In this document: positions 20,032 through 28,878 of the stretch, in pieces
How the letters are laid out: every line of letters begins with the position of its first letter
Numbering within the stretch: position 1 is the stretch's first letter
Virus record (IMG/VR): IMGVR_UViG_3300030329_006380
Coordinates: 32,001-96,000 of that record
DNA: 64,000 nt
Reading direction: 5' to 3' (one strand)
DNA from: a virus
The notes under the pieces: generated by a model
Databases searched by the model: none
Told to the model about the DNA's origin: nothing
The model's input: the letters and a program-made list of their open reading frames with translations, nothing else
Program-made: the position numbers and the translations under genes

Positions 20032-21132
20032 TTATTTTTTTATTCCAGCTAAAAGTTTCATTCTATCAGCAAAAGAAGCTTCGCGATCATTGCGTTTTTC
20101 TCTACGCGGAAAGAATGGTGAAGAGTTCTTATTTACAGCCTCGCTCAATGATTTTGGACCTCTCCTCTTCTTGATGGAAAGATCACTCACTGCGCTCTCA
20201 AGAGTCTCGTAAATTACTTTTGCCTCTTCAATGGTTTGTGCTTTAGAAATAGATTCGACAATTCTTTTCTTTTGTCGCTCATTCAAAGAGGAACTATTCA
20301 AGGCACGATTAATGTAGAGCAACCTAGCATTGGAGAGATTGACCTCATTAAGTTTGGTTTCAAATTTTTTGAAAACCTTTAAGTATTTTTCATTCTTTGT
20401 TTTATAGTCATCGAGTACACTCTCGGTAACCTTAAGTGTCTCTTCTAAGTTTTTATTTTTTTCTTCCAGATCTTCTTTCTCGGCTTTAAGTTCACCAATT
20501 GAAGCCAATAAAGCATAATTTTCTTCCATCTCTGCCGTGGGTTTATCGGCGCCGACCGCCCAGCCTGAGGGCTTAGGATCATAATCAAATTCAAGCTCTT
20601 CTAGAATTCCTTCTAAATCAATGTCTTCCAGATCAATGTCTTCATTTTCATGCAACGCGACTGCGGGTTGCTCAGCCGGCACCTCGGGCGCAAATTCTAC
20701 AGCATCTGACACTTCAATGTCTGATAAAATATTACCGCGGTCGGTCATATCCTCTGGGTCGACATTGTCCTGTTTTTGATCATAATCTAATTGTGCTGCC
20801 AGATCCTGCAAATCGATTGTTAATTCAATTTGGTCATCGTGCTCTGGTGCATGCGGAACTGTATCTAGCATTTCTGTGCCAGTAAAAGGAATCTGCGATA
20901 GGGTTACTTCTTCCTCTGGAGATAATTCCACTGTCATACCTGTCGGCGACGAAGCTTCCTCTTGATCGGTGGTATCATCAAAAAACCTCTCTAAATCTTG
21001 TTCCAATAGAGAGTTGACGGCTTCTTTAATTTCAGTTGAATATTTCTCAATAACAGCAGCTTCTGCGTTTTTGATTGCAGCCTCTTTTAAAGCGGTTGCA
21101 TCTACGATAGCTTGATCAAGCAGACTGGACAT
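20032..21132 (-). CDS. Prohead core scaffold protein (gp22-like)
   Basis: Acidic and coiled-coil, with several L/I-x-E sites; directly upstream of the capsid gene; ends RMKLLAGIKK. Confidence 0.7.
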   Translation of the reverse strand: MSSLLDQAIVDATALKEAAIKNAEAAVIEKYSTEIKEAVNSLLEQDLERFFDDTTDQEEASSPTGMTVELSPEEEVTLSQIPFTGTEMLDTVPHAPEHDDQIELTIDLQDLAAQLDYDQKQDNVDPEDMTDRGNILSDIEVSDAVEFAPEVPAEQPAVALHENEDIDLEDIDLEGILEELEFDYDPKPSGWAVGADKPTAEMEENYALLASIGELKAEKEDLEEKNKNLEETLKVTESVLDDYKTKNEKYLKVFKKFETKLNEVNLSNARLLYINRALNSSSLNERQKKRIVESISKAQTIEEAKVIYETLESAVSDLSIKKRRGPKSLSEAVNKNSSPFFPRREKRNDREASFADRMKLLAGIKK

Positions 21133-21167
21133 AGTGAATCTCCTAGAAAAAATAGTATTCAGTGTAA

Positions 21168-21175
21168 TAAATAGT
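21168..21175 (-). promoter_or_regulatory. Putative late promoter motif ACTATTTA
   Basis: taaatagt on +, 36 nt upstream of the scaffold start. Confidence 0.65.
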
Positions 21176-21211
21176 AATCAGGTCTTTTAAAGGAAGTTTT
21201 TTTGTCGGAGG

Positions 21212-21604
21212 CTAAGAGTTGTCAGTTAACTGAGCTTCGAGTTCTTTAATTTTTTGTTCCAATGTTTCCGTATACGTAAGGGCACGAACCGATTTGACTA
21301 CCCAAAAAGGCTCTCTATATACTAATGGATACTTAATCAATATCCATAGATCATTATTGGCTTTGTGCGGAACCCAATACCACTCATCGGGTGCACCAAG
21401 CCGAGCGTGCGCTTCATCATAATCAAAAGGAATTGGCACATAATCTTTGTCTTCTCGATTCCACAATTCTTTGACTGCCGCTGTAGTCGGCACTATACTT
21501 AAATCAAAGATTTTCTTGAAACCAAACAATGGTTGGTTAGGTTGAAAAAAGACATCAAACATCCTCTCTGTCGTAACTTTATATCTTCGAGTACTTACTT
21601 TCAT
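21212..21604 (-). CDS. Hypothetical protein (130 aa)
   Basis: ORF with SD GAGGAG, tiling the head-accessory cluster. Confidence 0.75.
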   Translation of the reverse strand: MKVSTRRYKVTTERMFDVFFQPNQPLFGFKKIFDLSIVPTTAAVKELWNREDKDYVPIPFDYDEAHARLGAPDEWYWVPHKANNDLWILIKYPLVYREPFWVVKSVRALTYTETLEQKIKELEAQLTDNS

Positions 21605-21624
21605 CTCTTCTCCTCAATAACCAT

Positions 21625-22770
21625 TTAAGATTCGTTGACAAATAATAGTCCTTCAGTCTGTGCATCGGTGTCTCGGGCAACACCGTAAGCCAATATACCT
21701 CCCGAAGCATCCAATATCTTTGTTCTGTTATATATTTTTCCGGGGGAAAGTGTTATCTGCCTAGCATATCCCACTGACCATAGGGGGTCCACAGCATATT
21801 GAAATATCATAGGTTCATAAATAAACCTTACTTCTGTACCGTCTTGAACTAGCCCAGAATTTGCCTCGTCTATGGTGTTACCGCCGCGGCGCAGGTCATA
21901 CTGGCAACCTCGTATGTATTTCCAACCGGCATCGGGCTTAGCACCATCGGCACTTCCACTGTCCCAGACTTTTATCGTGACGCCAAAGCCTCCGCCATCG
22001 GAACCCCCGAATGCGCTATACTCGCTGCCAAGAGCATGGTGCGTGGTTTTGAAAACATCGGTATAAGAGCCTCCATAGAGGCCGCCATGCATTGCATAAA
22101 GTCTCCAAGGCTCCGAAGCAGAACTTCGATGGGCGGCGCCGGTGACATAAGGAACGAGCCAGCAACCAGCGCCAAAAAAAGTAGCAACACTTGCATTCTC
22201 ATGATCACGCATAAAGTGGAAAAAGATACACTCAGCGGTTTCTAAAATATATGAATACCGAAGAGATCTTGAAGTAATATCTGTAAGGGCGGCCTTAGAC
22301 CAGCCTGACCAACGCGCTGATCCGCTAGAAAAAACATTTATTGCGCCGGCGCTGGCATTGTCTTCGGTCCATCCACCCGCAACCCCATAGGCGCCGGTGC
22401 AAATGGTGTCTTCTCCGGCAAATGGGGCGTATCCCATATATAAATAAGTATCGCTGCTGTTATCTGACTCGCCGGCACATACCTGTGCTGCGGGTGGGCC
22501 CATGACCGCGCCTCCATCGTCCTCCCCCTGAACAAAAACAATTCTTTGATCGCTATAATCCTCGCCTGTTGTTTTTGGCGCAATAACAATAGCATTTGTG
22601 CCTGATGCATGTGTTGCAGATCCAGAAACCACCTTCCAATAGTTACTAGCTTCCACGGCTGCGGATATATGGTGTAAGCACCCAGTTAAATGGCCGGTTG
22701 TGGCAAAATCTGTGGGACCCAAGTCCCTGACCGCGCTCATTTTCCAAGTTAATGTAGGTAAATCTGCCAT
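21625..22770 (-). CDS. Hypothetical Gly/Ser/Ala-rich protein, probable virion decoration or fibre
   Basis: 381 aa, beta-rich composition, three SGS motifs; SD GGAG. Confidence 0.65.
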   Translation of the reverse strand: MADLPTLTWKMSAVRDLGPTDFATTGHLTGCLHHISAAVEASNYWKVVSGSATHASGTNAIVIAPKTTGEDYSDQRIVFVQGEDDGGAVMGPPAAQVCAGESDNSSDTYLYMGYAPFAGEDTICTGAYGVAGGWTEDNASAGAINVFSSGSARWSGWSKAALTDITSRSLRYSYILETAECIFFHFMRDHENASVATFFGAGCWLVPYVTGAAHRSSASEPWRLYAMHGGLYGGSYTDVFKTTHHALGSEYSAFGGSDGGGFGVTIKVWDSGSADGAKPDAGWKYIRGCQYDLRRGGNTIDEANSGLVQDGTEVRFIYEPMIFQYAVDPLWSVGYARQITLSPGKIYNRTKILDASGGILAYGVARDTDAQTEGLLFVNES

Positions 22771-22790
22771 TTCTTAAATACTCCAAAAAA

Positions 22791-23060
22791 TCAAGGGGAT
22801 GCGGATCCAACAGCAACAGTGCCATGGCTACCAGTTATAGTACTAAGTGATTTACCGCCACCGAATATTCCACTGCCAGTAAGATGCGGCAGAATAGTGG
22901 CACTACCAGTTGGGCCAATTGCGTATCGCATGCCTCCTGCGACAACGACGATTTCAGATTGCCAGCGGCGTGATCCGACTGGGTACTTCTCTATTAGGGA
23001 AGTCAATTCAAGATCATCTACAACCTTCCACACTCCATCTTCTAATATTAATCTAGCCAT
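22791..23060 (-). CDS. Small hypothetical protein with a TGS-rich C-terminus
   Basis: 89 aa; PTGSA, LTGSG, ITGSH and GSASP in the last 40 residues. Confidence 0.65.
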   Translation of the reverse strand: MARLILEDGVWKVVDDLELTSLIEKYPVGSRRWQSEIVVVAGGMRYAIGPTGSATILPHLTGSGIFGGGKSLSTITGSHGTVAVGSASP

Positions 23061-23062
23061 AA

Positions 23063-23533
23063 TTAGTTAACCCAAATCGAATGCCAAACAGCACCATTCC
23101 CTGAAATGAAGGCAATCGCTCCATAGTTTGAATTTATCACAACTGATGTTGCACCATCAATGGTATCCGATCCTGCACGTGCAACTGTAATATTCTTCGA
23201 GGATGCATTTCCAGATTTATCTTTTATCAAAAGAATTCGACCAGCTTGTGCAGATACTGCCGGCAGGTTAACTGTTATTGCTGTACTGGATGTGTCCACC
23301 AGTAATACGTGATCACTTGACCCCACAGAGTGAGGAGTACTTGATACATCTGTTACGGTCCAAATATTAACTGCCATGGCTATAGCTGCCTCCACTGCTT
23401 GTCTTAGAAATATATTGTTTGGTCCACCGCGTGATCCTAGAAAAAATGGTGCAACAGCGGCACCATATTCTGATGCCAAGTCCTGATTTGTTTGTATTGT
23501 GTGATCCCCACTCCATCTATTTCTCGTTGCCAA
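23063..23533 (-). CDS. Fibre/decoration-type beta module protein
   Basis: VDTSSTAITVNLP...GRILLIKDKSGNASSKNITV...TIDG...INSNYGAI...W is a common phage fibre/decoration C-terminal module; TTG start with SD GAGGT. Confidence 0.65.
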   Translation of the reverse strand: MATRNRWSGDHTIQTNQDLASEYGAAVAPFFLGSRGGPNNIFLRQAVEAAIAMAVNIWTVTDVSSTPHSVGSSDHVLLVDTSSTAITVNLPAVSAQAGRILLIKDKSGNASSKNITVARAGSDTIDGATSVVINSNYGAIAFISGNGAVWHSIWVN

Positions 23534-23563
23534 AACAATCGACCTCGTTCAAAAGTTAAACGG

Positions 23564-24073
23564 TTAACCAACCCCCAAAGAACCAGTCCAGTTATCAAAA
23601 TCAACAGAGCCAGTGCTAATTGGTGTCAATCCTGCGATAATTGAAGCAGTGGCCTGATGGGCGGTGTCTCCCATCAAAAAAATGTCCTTTACACGCCACT
23701 CTCCGGTATAACTTTCACCCGGAGCAAGAACAAAATAATTTGCTCCGTAAGAACCGGCGTTCAACTCAAAGCCTTCACCGCCAGCTACTGATCCATCGGC
23801 GCCATGGTTCAATCCCCCAGTAGCAACAGTACCGATGCTTGCAAACCCAACTCTCATTGATCCCGTTGTCGATGCTCCAGCATGCGAGGTGCCGGCGCGA
23901 CCAACTGTGTTTCTAATTGTAACAAACTTAGAAACCCGTGGTAACGACACCTTTATTGGTCCAACACTATTTGATGCAGGTACAATTATTGACGAACTTA
24001 AATACGGAATTGCACTAGATTGATAAACACTAGTTGAGAACATTCCCGCTTTATGAGATTTAAATGTTGACAT
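23564..24073 (-). CDS. Hypothetical protein, probable head decoration protein
   Basis: 169 aa, Gly/Ser/Thr-rich with three TGS motifs; has its own upstream motif and SD GAGGT. Confidence 0.6.
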   Translation of the reverse strand: MSTFKSHKAGMFSTSVYQSSAIPYLSSSIIVPASNSVGPIKVSLPRVSKFVTIRNTVGRAGTSHAGASTTGSMRVGFASIGTVATGGLNHGADGSVAGGEGFELNAGSYGANYFVLAPGESYTGEWRVKDIFLMGDTAHQATASIIAGLTPISTGSVDFDNWTGSLGVG

Positions 24074-24079
24074 AGGATC

Positions 24080-24343
24080 CTACCTCTTGCGTTTTTTAAT
24101 ATAATTAGTACCACTAATGATACTTCGCTCTATTTCTTTCTGTTCTAAAAGCTCTTGTCTTCTTTTTTTCTTAATAAGGCGTTTTTTTCTATTCCTTATA
24201 GAAGATGGCTTTTCATATCTTTGCTTAGCTAAATATTCTTCTAAAATTTTTTCTTTCTTCACTTTCCTTGTGAATCTCTTGATTGCTCTCTCAACCGACT
24301 CACCGGTCTTGACTTTAACTTCTAAATTAACTGGCTTTGGCAT
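24080..24343 (-). CDS. rpsU: Phage-encoded 30S ribosomal protein bS21
   Basis: VKVKTGESVERAIKRFTRKVKKEKILEEY...RYEKPSSIRNRKKR matches the bS21 pattern; start refined to ATG at 24343 (SD AAGGA), 87 aa. Confidence 0.88.
   Translation of the reverse strand: MPKPVNLEVKVKTGESVERAIKRFTRKVKKEKILEEYLAKQRYEKPSSIRNRKKRLIKKKRRQELLEQKEIERSIISGTNYIKKRKR
24102..24109 (-). promoter_or_regulatory. Putative late promoter motif ACTAATTA inside the bS21 3' end
   Basis: taattagt on +, 29 nt upstream of the next start (24073), the same spacing as at the tube gene. Confidence 0.45.
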
Positions 24344-24351
24344 AATATTCC

Positions 24352-24759
24352 TTAAATCATTTTTTTCCAATTATCTGACAATGGACCAAAAATTTTATCT
24401 ACATCAACACCCGAGTCTCCGGCCGCGAAGTTTGATAGTGGCGAAGACGGGGACACTCCCTCTGTAGGGGATCCCGCACTATTTAAAGGTTGAGTTCCCT
24501 CAAAAAGATCTACGTCTCCATAAGAATCCCTTCCGATGGCATCCAGCATCTTCTGTTTTGTTTCATTAAGTTTTTTCTTGAAATTTTGCTTTTCTTCGCG
24601 AATAGCAGGAGGGTTAGCCTGAATTGTCTCTTTTTGAGCCCCTGTCCCTCTGACAACTTCTGTAATAATTCCGGATAGCACCCCCTCTTCGAAGATAACT
24701 TCCTTAATACACTGCTTGATTAACGGTTTTAAAATTTTTTTAAATTCGCTGGTTTTCAT
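24352..24759 (-). CDS. Hypothetical head-module protein (135 aa)
   Basis: Begins MKTSEFKKILKPLIKQCIKEVIFEEG; between the protease and bS21 genes. Confidence 0.8.
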   Translation of the reverse strand: MKTSEFKKILKPLIKQCIKEVIFEEGVLSGIITEVVRGTGAQKETIQANPPAIREEKQNFKKKLNETKQKMLDAIGRDSYGDVDLFEGTQPLNSAGSPTEGVSPSSPLSNFAAGDSGVDVDKIFGPLSDNWKKMI

Positions 24760-25339
24760 ATTCTCTCGCTAGTTGTTCGAAGGTATCATTTATTTTCTTA
24801 ATTAATTGTCTCTTGAGCGCATCATATAGCCCTTTGTCTCTAAATTTTTTCATGTCGTCTGTCAGAATCGAATCTATTTTAGTGCCAAAAATTTCAAAAA
24901 ACATATGTTCTAATTGCCATCGATCATCCCTTTCCAGAGCATTAATAAAGTTATTTCTTTCAGTTTCTACGTAATCAATAATTTTATTAATACGCTTATT
25001 CTCTGATTCTTCTTGAAGAGCCATCCTTCTCTTAAGAATCTGAGCCGGTGTCTCCCTGTCTAAATTAAGGATCAGGAACACTAAAATCGTTTGAATTGGA
25101 TAGCCGCGATGGTCGACTGTTCCAACTCTTAGATAATTAAGAAATTTTTTCCGAGCGGCGTCTGCTTCTTTTTGAAGAAGTTCGCGTTCATGCTGGGCCT
25201 TGGCTTTTTCCATCTCTGTTGGAATACGCTTTGATTTGTAGGTCTCTCCCGAGCCTTGAGGTTTCTCTATAGTATCAACTAATGAACCCCTTAAAGAAGC
25301 CTCAATCATCTCCATAAGAATTTTCTTTGTCAATTTCAT
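24740..25339 (-). CDS. Hypothetical head-module protein (199 aa)
   Basis: Begins MKLTKKILMEMIEASL; abuts the protease stop codon. Confidence 0.8.
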   Translation of the reverse strand: MKLTKKILMEMIEASLRGSLVDTIEKPQGSGETYKSKRIPTEMEKAKAQHERELLQKEADAARKKFLNYLRVGTVDHRGYPIQTILVFLILNLDRETPAQILKRRMALQEESENKRINKIIDYVETERNNFINALERDDRWQLEHMFFEIFGTKIDSILTDDMKKFRDKGLYDALKRQLIKKINDTFEQLAREYENQRI

Positions 25340-25939
25340 CTACTTGATCCCCAATACATCATTTAAGGCCTGATTGATTCTTTCTGCCTTAGAATCTTGT
25401 TTCTTCTCCTTCCACTCCTTCAACATAAATGCATTGGGAGTGGAAGGTTCAGAAACAATATCAAAACAAATAAGCTGGAAATCGTCTTCGACAATCGTAT
25501 CACCTCCTTCTTGTCGAACCGATCCCAAGCCCCGCGAAGAAATTCCAGTTTTAATATTAGACCTTATCAGTTCTTGCAATATTTTACCGGATGGTGTATT
25601 AAGCACCTCAATCTTTCCCATGACATTGGGGCCATCCCACCAGATTTCAGTGACTAAATGAGATACATTTTGAAGATTGATAACGGCTTCCGGTGGATGA
25701 TCTAACTCTCCAAGGGCGCGCCGCTCTTTAATTAAATTTAAATATTTTTTTATTTCTCGCTCCAAAATTGCTTGAGGGTATTTACGACCATTGCCGTTTC
25801 TACAATCTGCCTCTTGAAGTTTGCCAGAAAGGAAGACAACGCCACTGGCGGCGCGGACCTTCTCTTCTTCAGTTAAGAGATCTTGACATACGCCGTCGGC
25901 GCACAATTCATAGTATTCTCTAAGGACGTATTTACTCAT
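25340..25939 (-). CDS. Prohead core protease (T4 gp21-like)
   Basis: QEADCRNGNGRKYP, LGELDHP, GISSRGLGSV, FDIVSEPSTPNA. Confidence 0.93.
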   Translation of the reverse strand: MSKYVLREYYELCADGVCQDLLTEEEKVRAASGVVFLSGKLQEADCRNGNGRKYPQAILEREIKKYLNLIKERRALGELDHPPEAVINLQNVSHLVTEIWWDGPNVMGKIEVLNTPSGKILQELIRSNIKTGISSRGLGSVRQEGGDTIVEDDFQLICFDIVSEPSTPNAFMLKEWKEKKQDSKAERINQALNDVLGIK

Positions 25940-27104
25940 TGTTCTTAATTCCTGCTAAAAGTTTCCAACGTTGATAGTTTTTTTGTTCTTCAAGGCTGAG
26001 AGGTTCAATCATGGTTTTTACTTTCGGTCGGTGTGAGGGTGTTGGTGCCTTGCCTTCGTCACCTGTGGATTTCGTTTCTCTAAAGCGTTTGTTTAACATA
26101 TTAATGAACTCTGGGGAAAGGTTCATGGTTTCAGCCGACCGTCTCTTTAACTCTTGGCGCTCGCGGTCTGCCGAAGTTTCTTCCTCCGGTGCAGGTGGAA
26201 CTTCCTGATCTGCTTGAGTCGCGATCTTCTTTTTGTCGCCTGATACGGTGGTCGCGAGTTTAGAGGTATCAATTATTTGTGTTTCAAGATCCTGTGCCGC
26301 AGTGCCCTTAAGCTTGGAGGTATCAATTATTTGTGTTTCAAGATCCTGTGGCACAGCAGGTCTTTGCGCTTGGCGCGCTTTTGCTCGGGCTGTGGCCATG
26401 GCTTTGGATCTCTCCTCCCTAGCTGACGAAAAGGCTGCGGCGCTTTTGTTACGTCGCTTCTGAAATTCTTTTTCGCGGTCGGGCAGACCCAGTGTGTCAA
26501 TTTTATTTTTCGGTACTTGATTCTTAACCAAAAACTTTTTAATTTTTGAAGCTACGCTATTGGTTAATTTATTTTTTATTTTTTCTGGTAGATCAACTGC
26601 ATGGGCTGAAAATACAGTATCGATAATCTTTGATATATCAATATTGCGTTGGGGAGTTTCTCTCTTGGATGTGGGAGCGTCAACATCAAGTTCTTCTTTG
26701 ACGTGAAACGCGTCTCCGAAAATATTTTCATCTTCCAGATAACTGGTCAACTCTTCCCCGATCTTCTCGATAACACTTCGTGATATTTTCCGCGAAGCTT
26801 TTATACCAGCTTTCTGTAAAGTGTAATCTAGATCTGTTTTCATTTTTCTTAAAGCATCGGAGAGGCGAATCTTGCGTCCGGATTTTCTAGGCTGCTCTTC
26901 TGGTGTCTCTTCTGGAGCTTGTTCTGGTGCCTGCGCTGATTGGTCTTCGACCGGAGAATGTCTCTGCTTCCAAGCATCCTTTTTTTCTCGACGGGCGGTA
27001 ACAATATCCTTTGCACGATTGGCAAGATATTCCCTATACCTAGGGGATATATCTTCTTCAAGTACATCAAACTGCTTTGTAATTTTCAACTTCAAAATCT
27101 TCAA
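25932..27104 (-). CDS. Hypothetical head-module protein, possible internal head protein (390 aa)
   Basis: TTG start with SD GGGAG; charged, low-complexity; ends RWKLLAGIKNNE like the scaffold. Confidence 0.75.
   Translation of the reverse strand: MKILKLKITKQFDVLEEDISPRYREYLANRAKDIVTARREKKDAWKQRHSPVEDQSAQAPEQAPEETPEEQPRKSGRKIRLSDALRKMKTDLDYTLQKAGIKASRKISRSVIEKIGEELTSYLEDENIFGDAFHVKEELDVDAPTSKRETPQRNIDISKIIDTVFSAHAVDLPEKIKNKLTNSVASKIKKFLVKNQVPKNKIDTLGLPDREKEFQKRRNKSAAAFSSAREERSKAMATARAKARQAQRPAVPQDLETQIIDTSKLKGTAAQDLETQIIDTSKLATTVSGDKKKIATQADQEVPPAPEEETSADRERQELKRRSAETMNLSPEFINMLNKRFRETKSTGDEGKAPTPSHRPKVKTMIEPLSLEEQKNYQRWKLLAGIKNNE
26263..26350. repeat. Exact 34-bp direct repeat (2 copies, 54-bp period) inside a CDS
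   Basis: gaggtatcaattatttgtgtttcaagatcctgtg at 26263-26296 and 26317-26350; encodes QDLETQIIDTSKL twice. Confidence 0.95.
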
Positions 27105-27125
27105 GAAAATCTCCCGTAACCAGGC

Positions 27126-27233
27126 TCACCCTGGCATGATTATGCAGCCTGACCGGCAGCGGCGCACTCTCTGTAGCATCCATCGAGATCCCATAAGATT
27201 CTCAAGATCCCTAAGCATTAGAAAATTATCCAT
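27126..27233 (-). CDS. Unannotated 35-aa Cys/Arg-rich micropeptide
   Basis: ATG at 27233 with SD AGGGGAG, overlapping the upstream stop by 8 nt; MDNFLMLRDLENLMGSRWMLQRVRRCRSGCIIMPG-TGA; fills the otherwise largest gap. Confidence 0.55.
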   Translation of the reverse strand: MDNFLMLRDLENLMGSRWMLQRVRRCRSGCIIMPG

Positions 27234-27528
27234 TTTCTCCCCCTTGGATTATATTCACCTTCACGCCAAAATCATCAAAAAGCATTGTCATGATATATGA
27301 CACTCCAGATGATATCCCTCCTAATATAAGGAAGTTGGCAAAATTATATTCAAAATTAAATAGTTCTGTAAAGCCGTTAATGCCGAATAAAAAGGCTCCA
27401 ACCCAAAAGCCCATGCACATGGGGCAATGAAAGAAATGATGTTCCGGTCGAATTTTCTCAAAAATCTTTCCGTAAACTAAAATTAATGTAATTCCGTAAG
27501 AAGCAAGAGTAAAATATAATAAGTCCAC
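27226..27528 (-). CDS. Small membrane protein with CPMC-x3-W motif (DUF1360-like)
   Basis: Three hydrophobic segments; HCPMCMGFWVG. Confidence 0.7.
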   Translation of the reverse strand: MDLLYFTLASYGITLILVYGKIFEKIRPEHHFFHCPMCMGFWVGAFLFGINGFTELFNFEYNFANFLILGGISSGVSYIMTMLFDDFGVKVNIIQGGENG

Positions 27529-27529
27529 T

Positions 27530-28060
27530 TTACATCCTGTATAAGCTTACTGATCCAAATGATCCATACGGGTAAATATATCCGGGCCTAATTGCACCCT
27601 GTGTTTCCTCATGGGGCACTTCGCCTAGTTCCGTAGAAGCCTCTTCATCTGGGTCTAGCATTTCCTGTTCCATCTTCTCAAAGACATCATTGTAGATATA
27701 ATAAGATTTATCTTCTTGGATATATGCGTCTAATGCCAATAGCACCATGTTTAAAGAATTTACCTCTTCGCTCTTGGGATAGGTAGCCTCCAGTACACCA
27801 TACATATTACCACCTTGAATCGTCTCAACATCAACAACTCCCTTTTTCCCCAGATATTCAAAAATTCGATCCTGCACGTCGTACACATCGTCGCTCATTT
27901 TGTCTTTTGCGAAAATGACAACCTTTCTCGCTGCCGGACGAATCACAATATCAACCTCCGGATGGTCGTAGATCATAATGTCTCCATTGAGAGCCCTTCG
28001 CGCATTAATAGTTATATCTTTTTTATGTGCCTCTGGTGTTATATTAAGTGCTAAATTCAT
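27530..28060 (-). CDS. Hypothetical head-module protein (176 aa)
   Basis: ORF coupled to the upstream gene by a TAATG overlap. Confidence 0.8.
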   Translation of the reverse strand: MNLALNITPEAHKKDITINARRALNGDIMIYDHPEVDIVIRPAARKVVIFAKDKMSDDVYDVQDRIFEYLGKKGVVDVETIQGGNMYGVLEATYPKSEEVNSLNMVLLALDAYIQEDKSYYIYNDVFEKMEQEMLDPDEEASTELGEVPHEETQGAIRPGYIYPYGSFGSVSLYRM

Positions 28061-28878
28061 TACTTTTTGATCTCTCTTATAAGATTTTGAATTTTAAGAA
28101 TTTTTTGAAATTCCTCGACAACAAGCTCTTTCTTTGCATAAGACTGCAGAATACCTAGAACTTCTTTTAATTTTTCTACAATCGTTTCTTCTTTTTTAAC
28201 CTCTTTATCGGTGAGAGAGTCCTTGACCTCTTCTTTAAGTCTACCTATCTCTTCATTTAAAAACATCTTAAGGCTTAAGCCATTATCACTAAAAGATGCT
28301 ATATATCGGCTCAACAATTCTTTTTGTTCTTCAAAAAGGATATGTCCATATTTTTCATTAAATTTACTAATAAAAGTAGAATATGTAATATTATCAATAG
28401 GCATCATCTCTTTTTCCTCTTCCCTGCGAGAAGAAATAGTATTAATCAAGTTAGTTTCCAGCAGTACGCGTGTTTTAACCGGCATCGCGGCATTAAAAAT
28501 TTGTTGAATACTGGCTAAATCTTTATAATTCCTAACAAAATTTAAATAAACACTTTTTGGAAGTTCTTTGTTGATCCTATTAATCAGATTGCTTTGCTCT
28601 AGAAATAAACTTTTTTTATCAATCTTTTCATATTCTCTCTTAGTCTCGAAAATTATTCTCTCTGCCAAATAAGGATTAATACCACTAGAATCGTACAAGG
28701 AGCGATAAAGCTCTAATTCCTTATATAAAAGCGTATCCTTGGAAAAATGTGTCTTTAATATTTCCAATATTGTGTGTTTTTTATCAGAATTCTTATTGAT
28801 TATGGACTTAGTTAATTCCTTAATCAAGGTTTCATATAAAAAAGCAGTGTTTCTTTTCTTATTGTGCTTCAGTTTCAT
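28060..28878 (-). CDS. Hypothetical protein directly downstream of the portal gene (272 aa)
   Basis: Start refined to ATG at 28878 (MKLKHNKKRNTAFLYETL); helical, overlaps the portal stop. Confidence 0.8.
   Translation of the reverse strand: MKLKHNKKRNTAFLYETLIKELTKSIINKNSDKKHTILEILKTHFSKDTLLYKELELYRSLYDSSGINPYLAERIIFETKREYEKIDKKSLFLEQSNLINRINKELPKSVYLNFVRNYKDLASIQQIFNAAMPVKTRVLLETNLINTISSRREEEKEMMPIDNITYSTFISKFNEKYGHILFEEQKELLSRYIASFSDNGLSLKMFLNEEIGRLKEEVKDSLTDKEVKKEETIVEKLKEVLGILQSYAKKELVVEEFQKILKIQNLIREIKK

Noticed and set aside
26263-26350. 34-bp repeat pair resembling a mini-CRISPR
   Set aside because: Only two copies, a 20-bp gap, not palindromic, and an in-frame coding duplication; no cas genes
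27126-27128. In-frame TGA as a selenocysteine codon
   Set aside because: The UGA is inside the hairpin loop rather than upstream of a SECIS-like stem, it is not in a Cys-like redox motif, and the downstream gene has its own TTG with SD; kept only as a weak readthrough option
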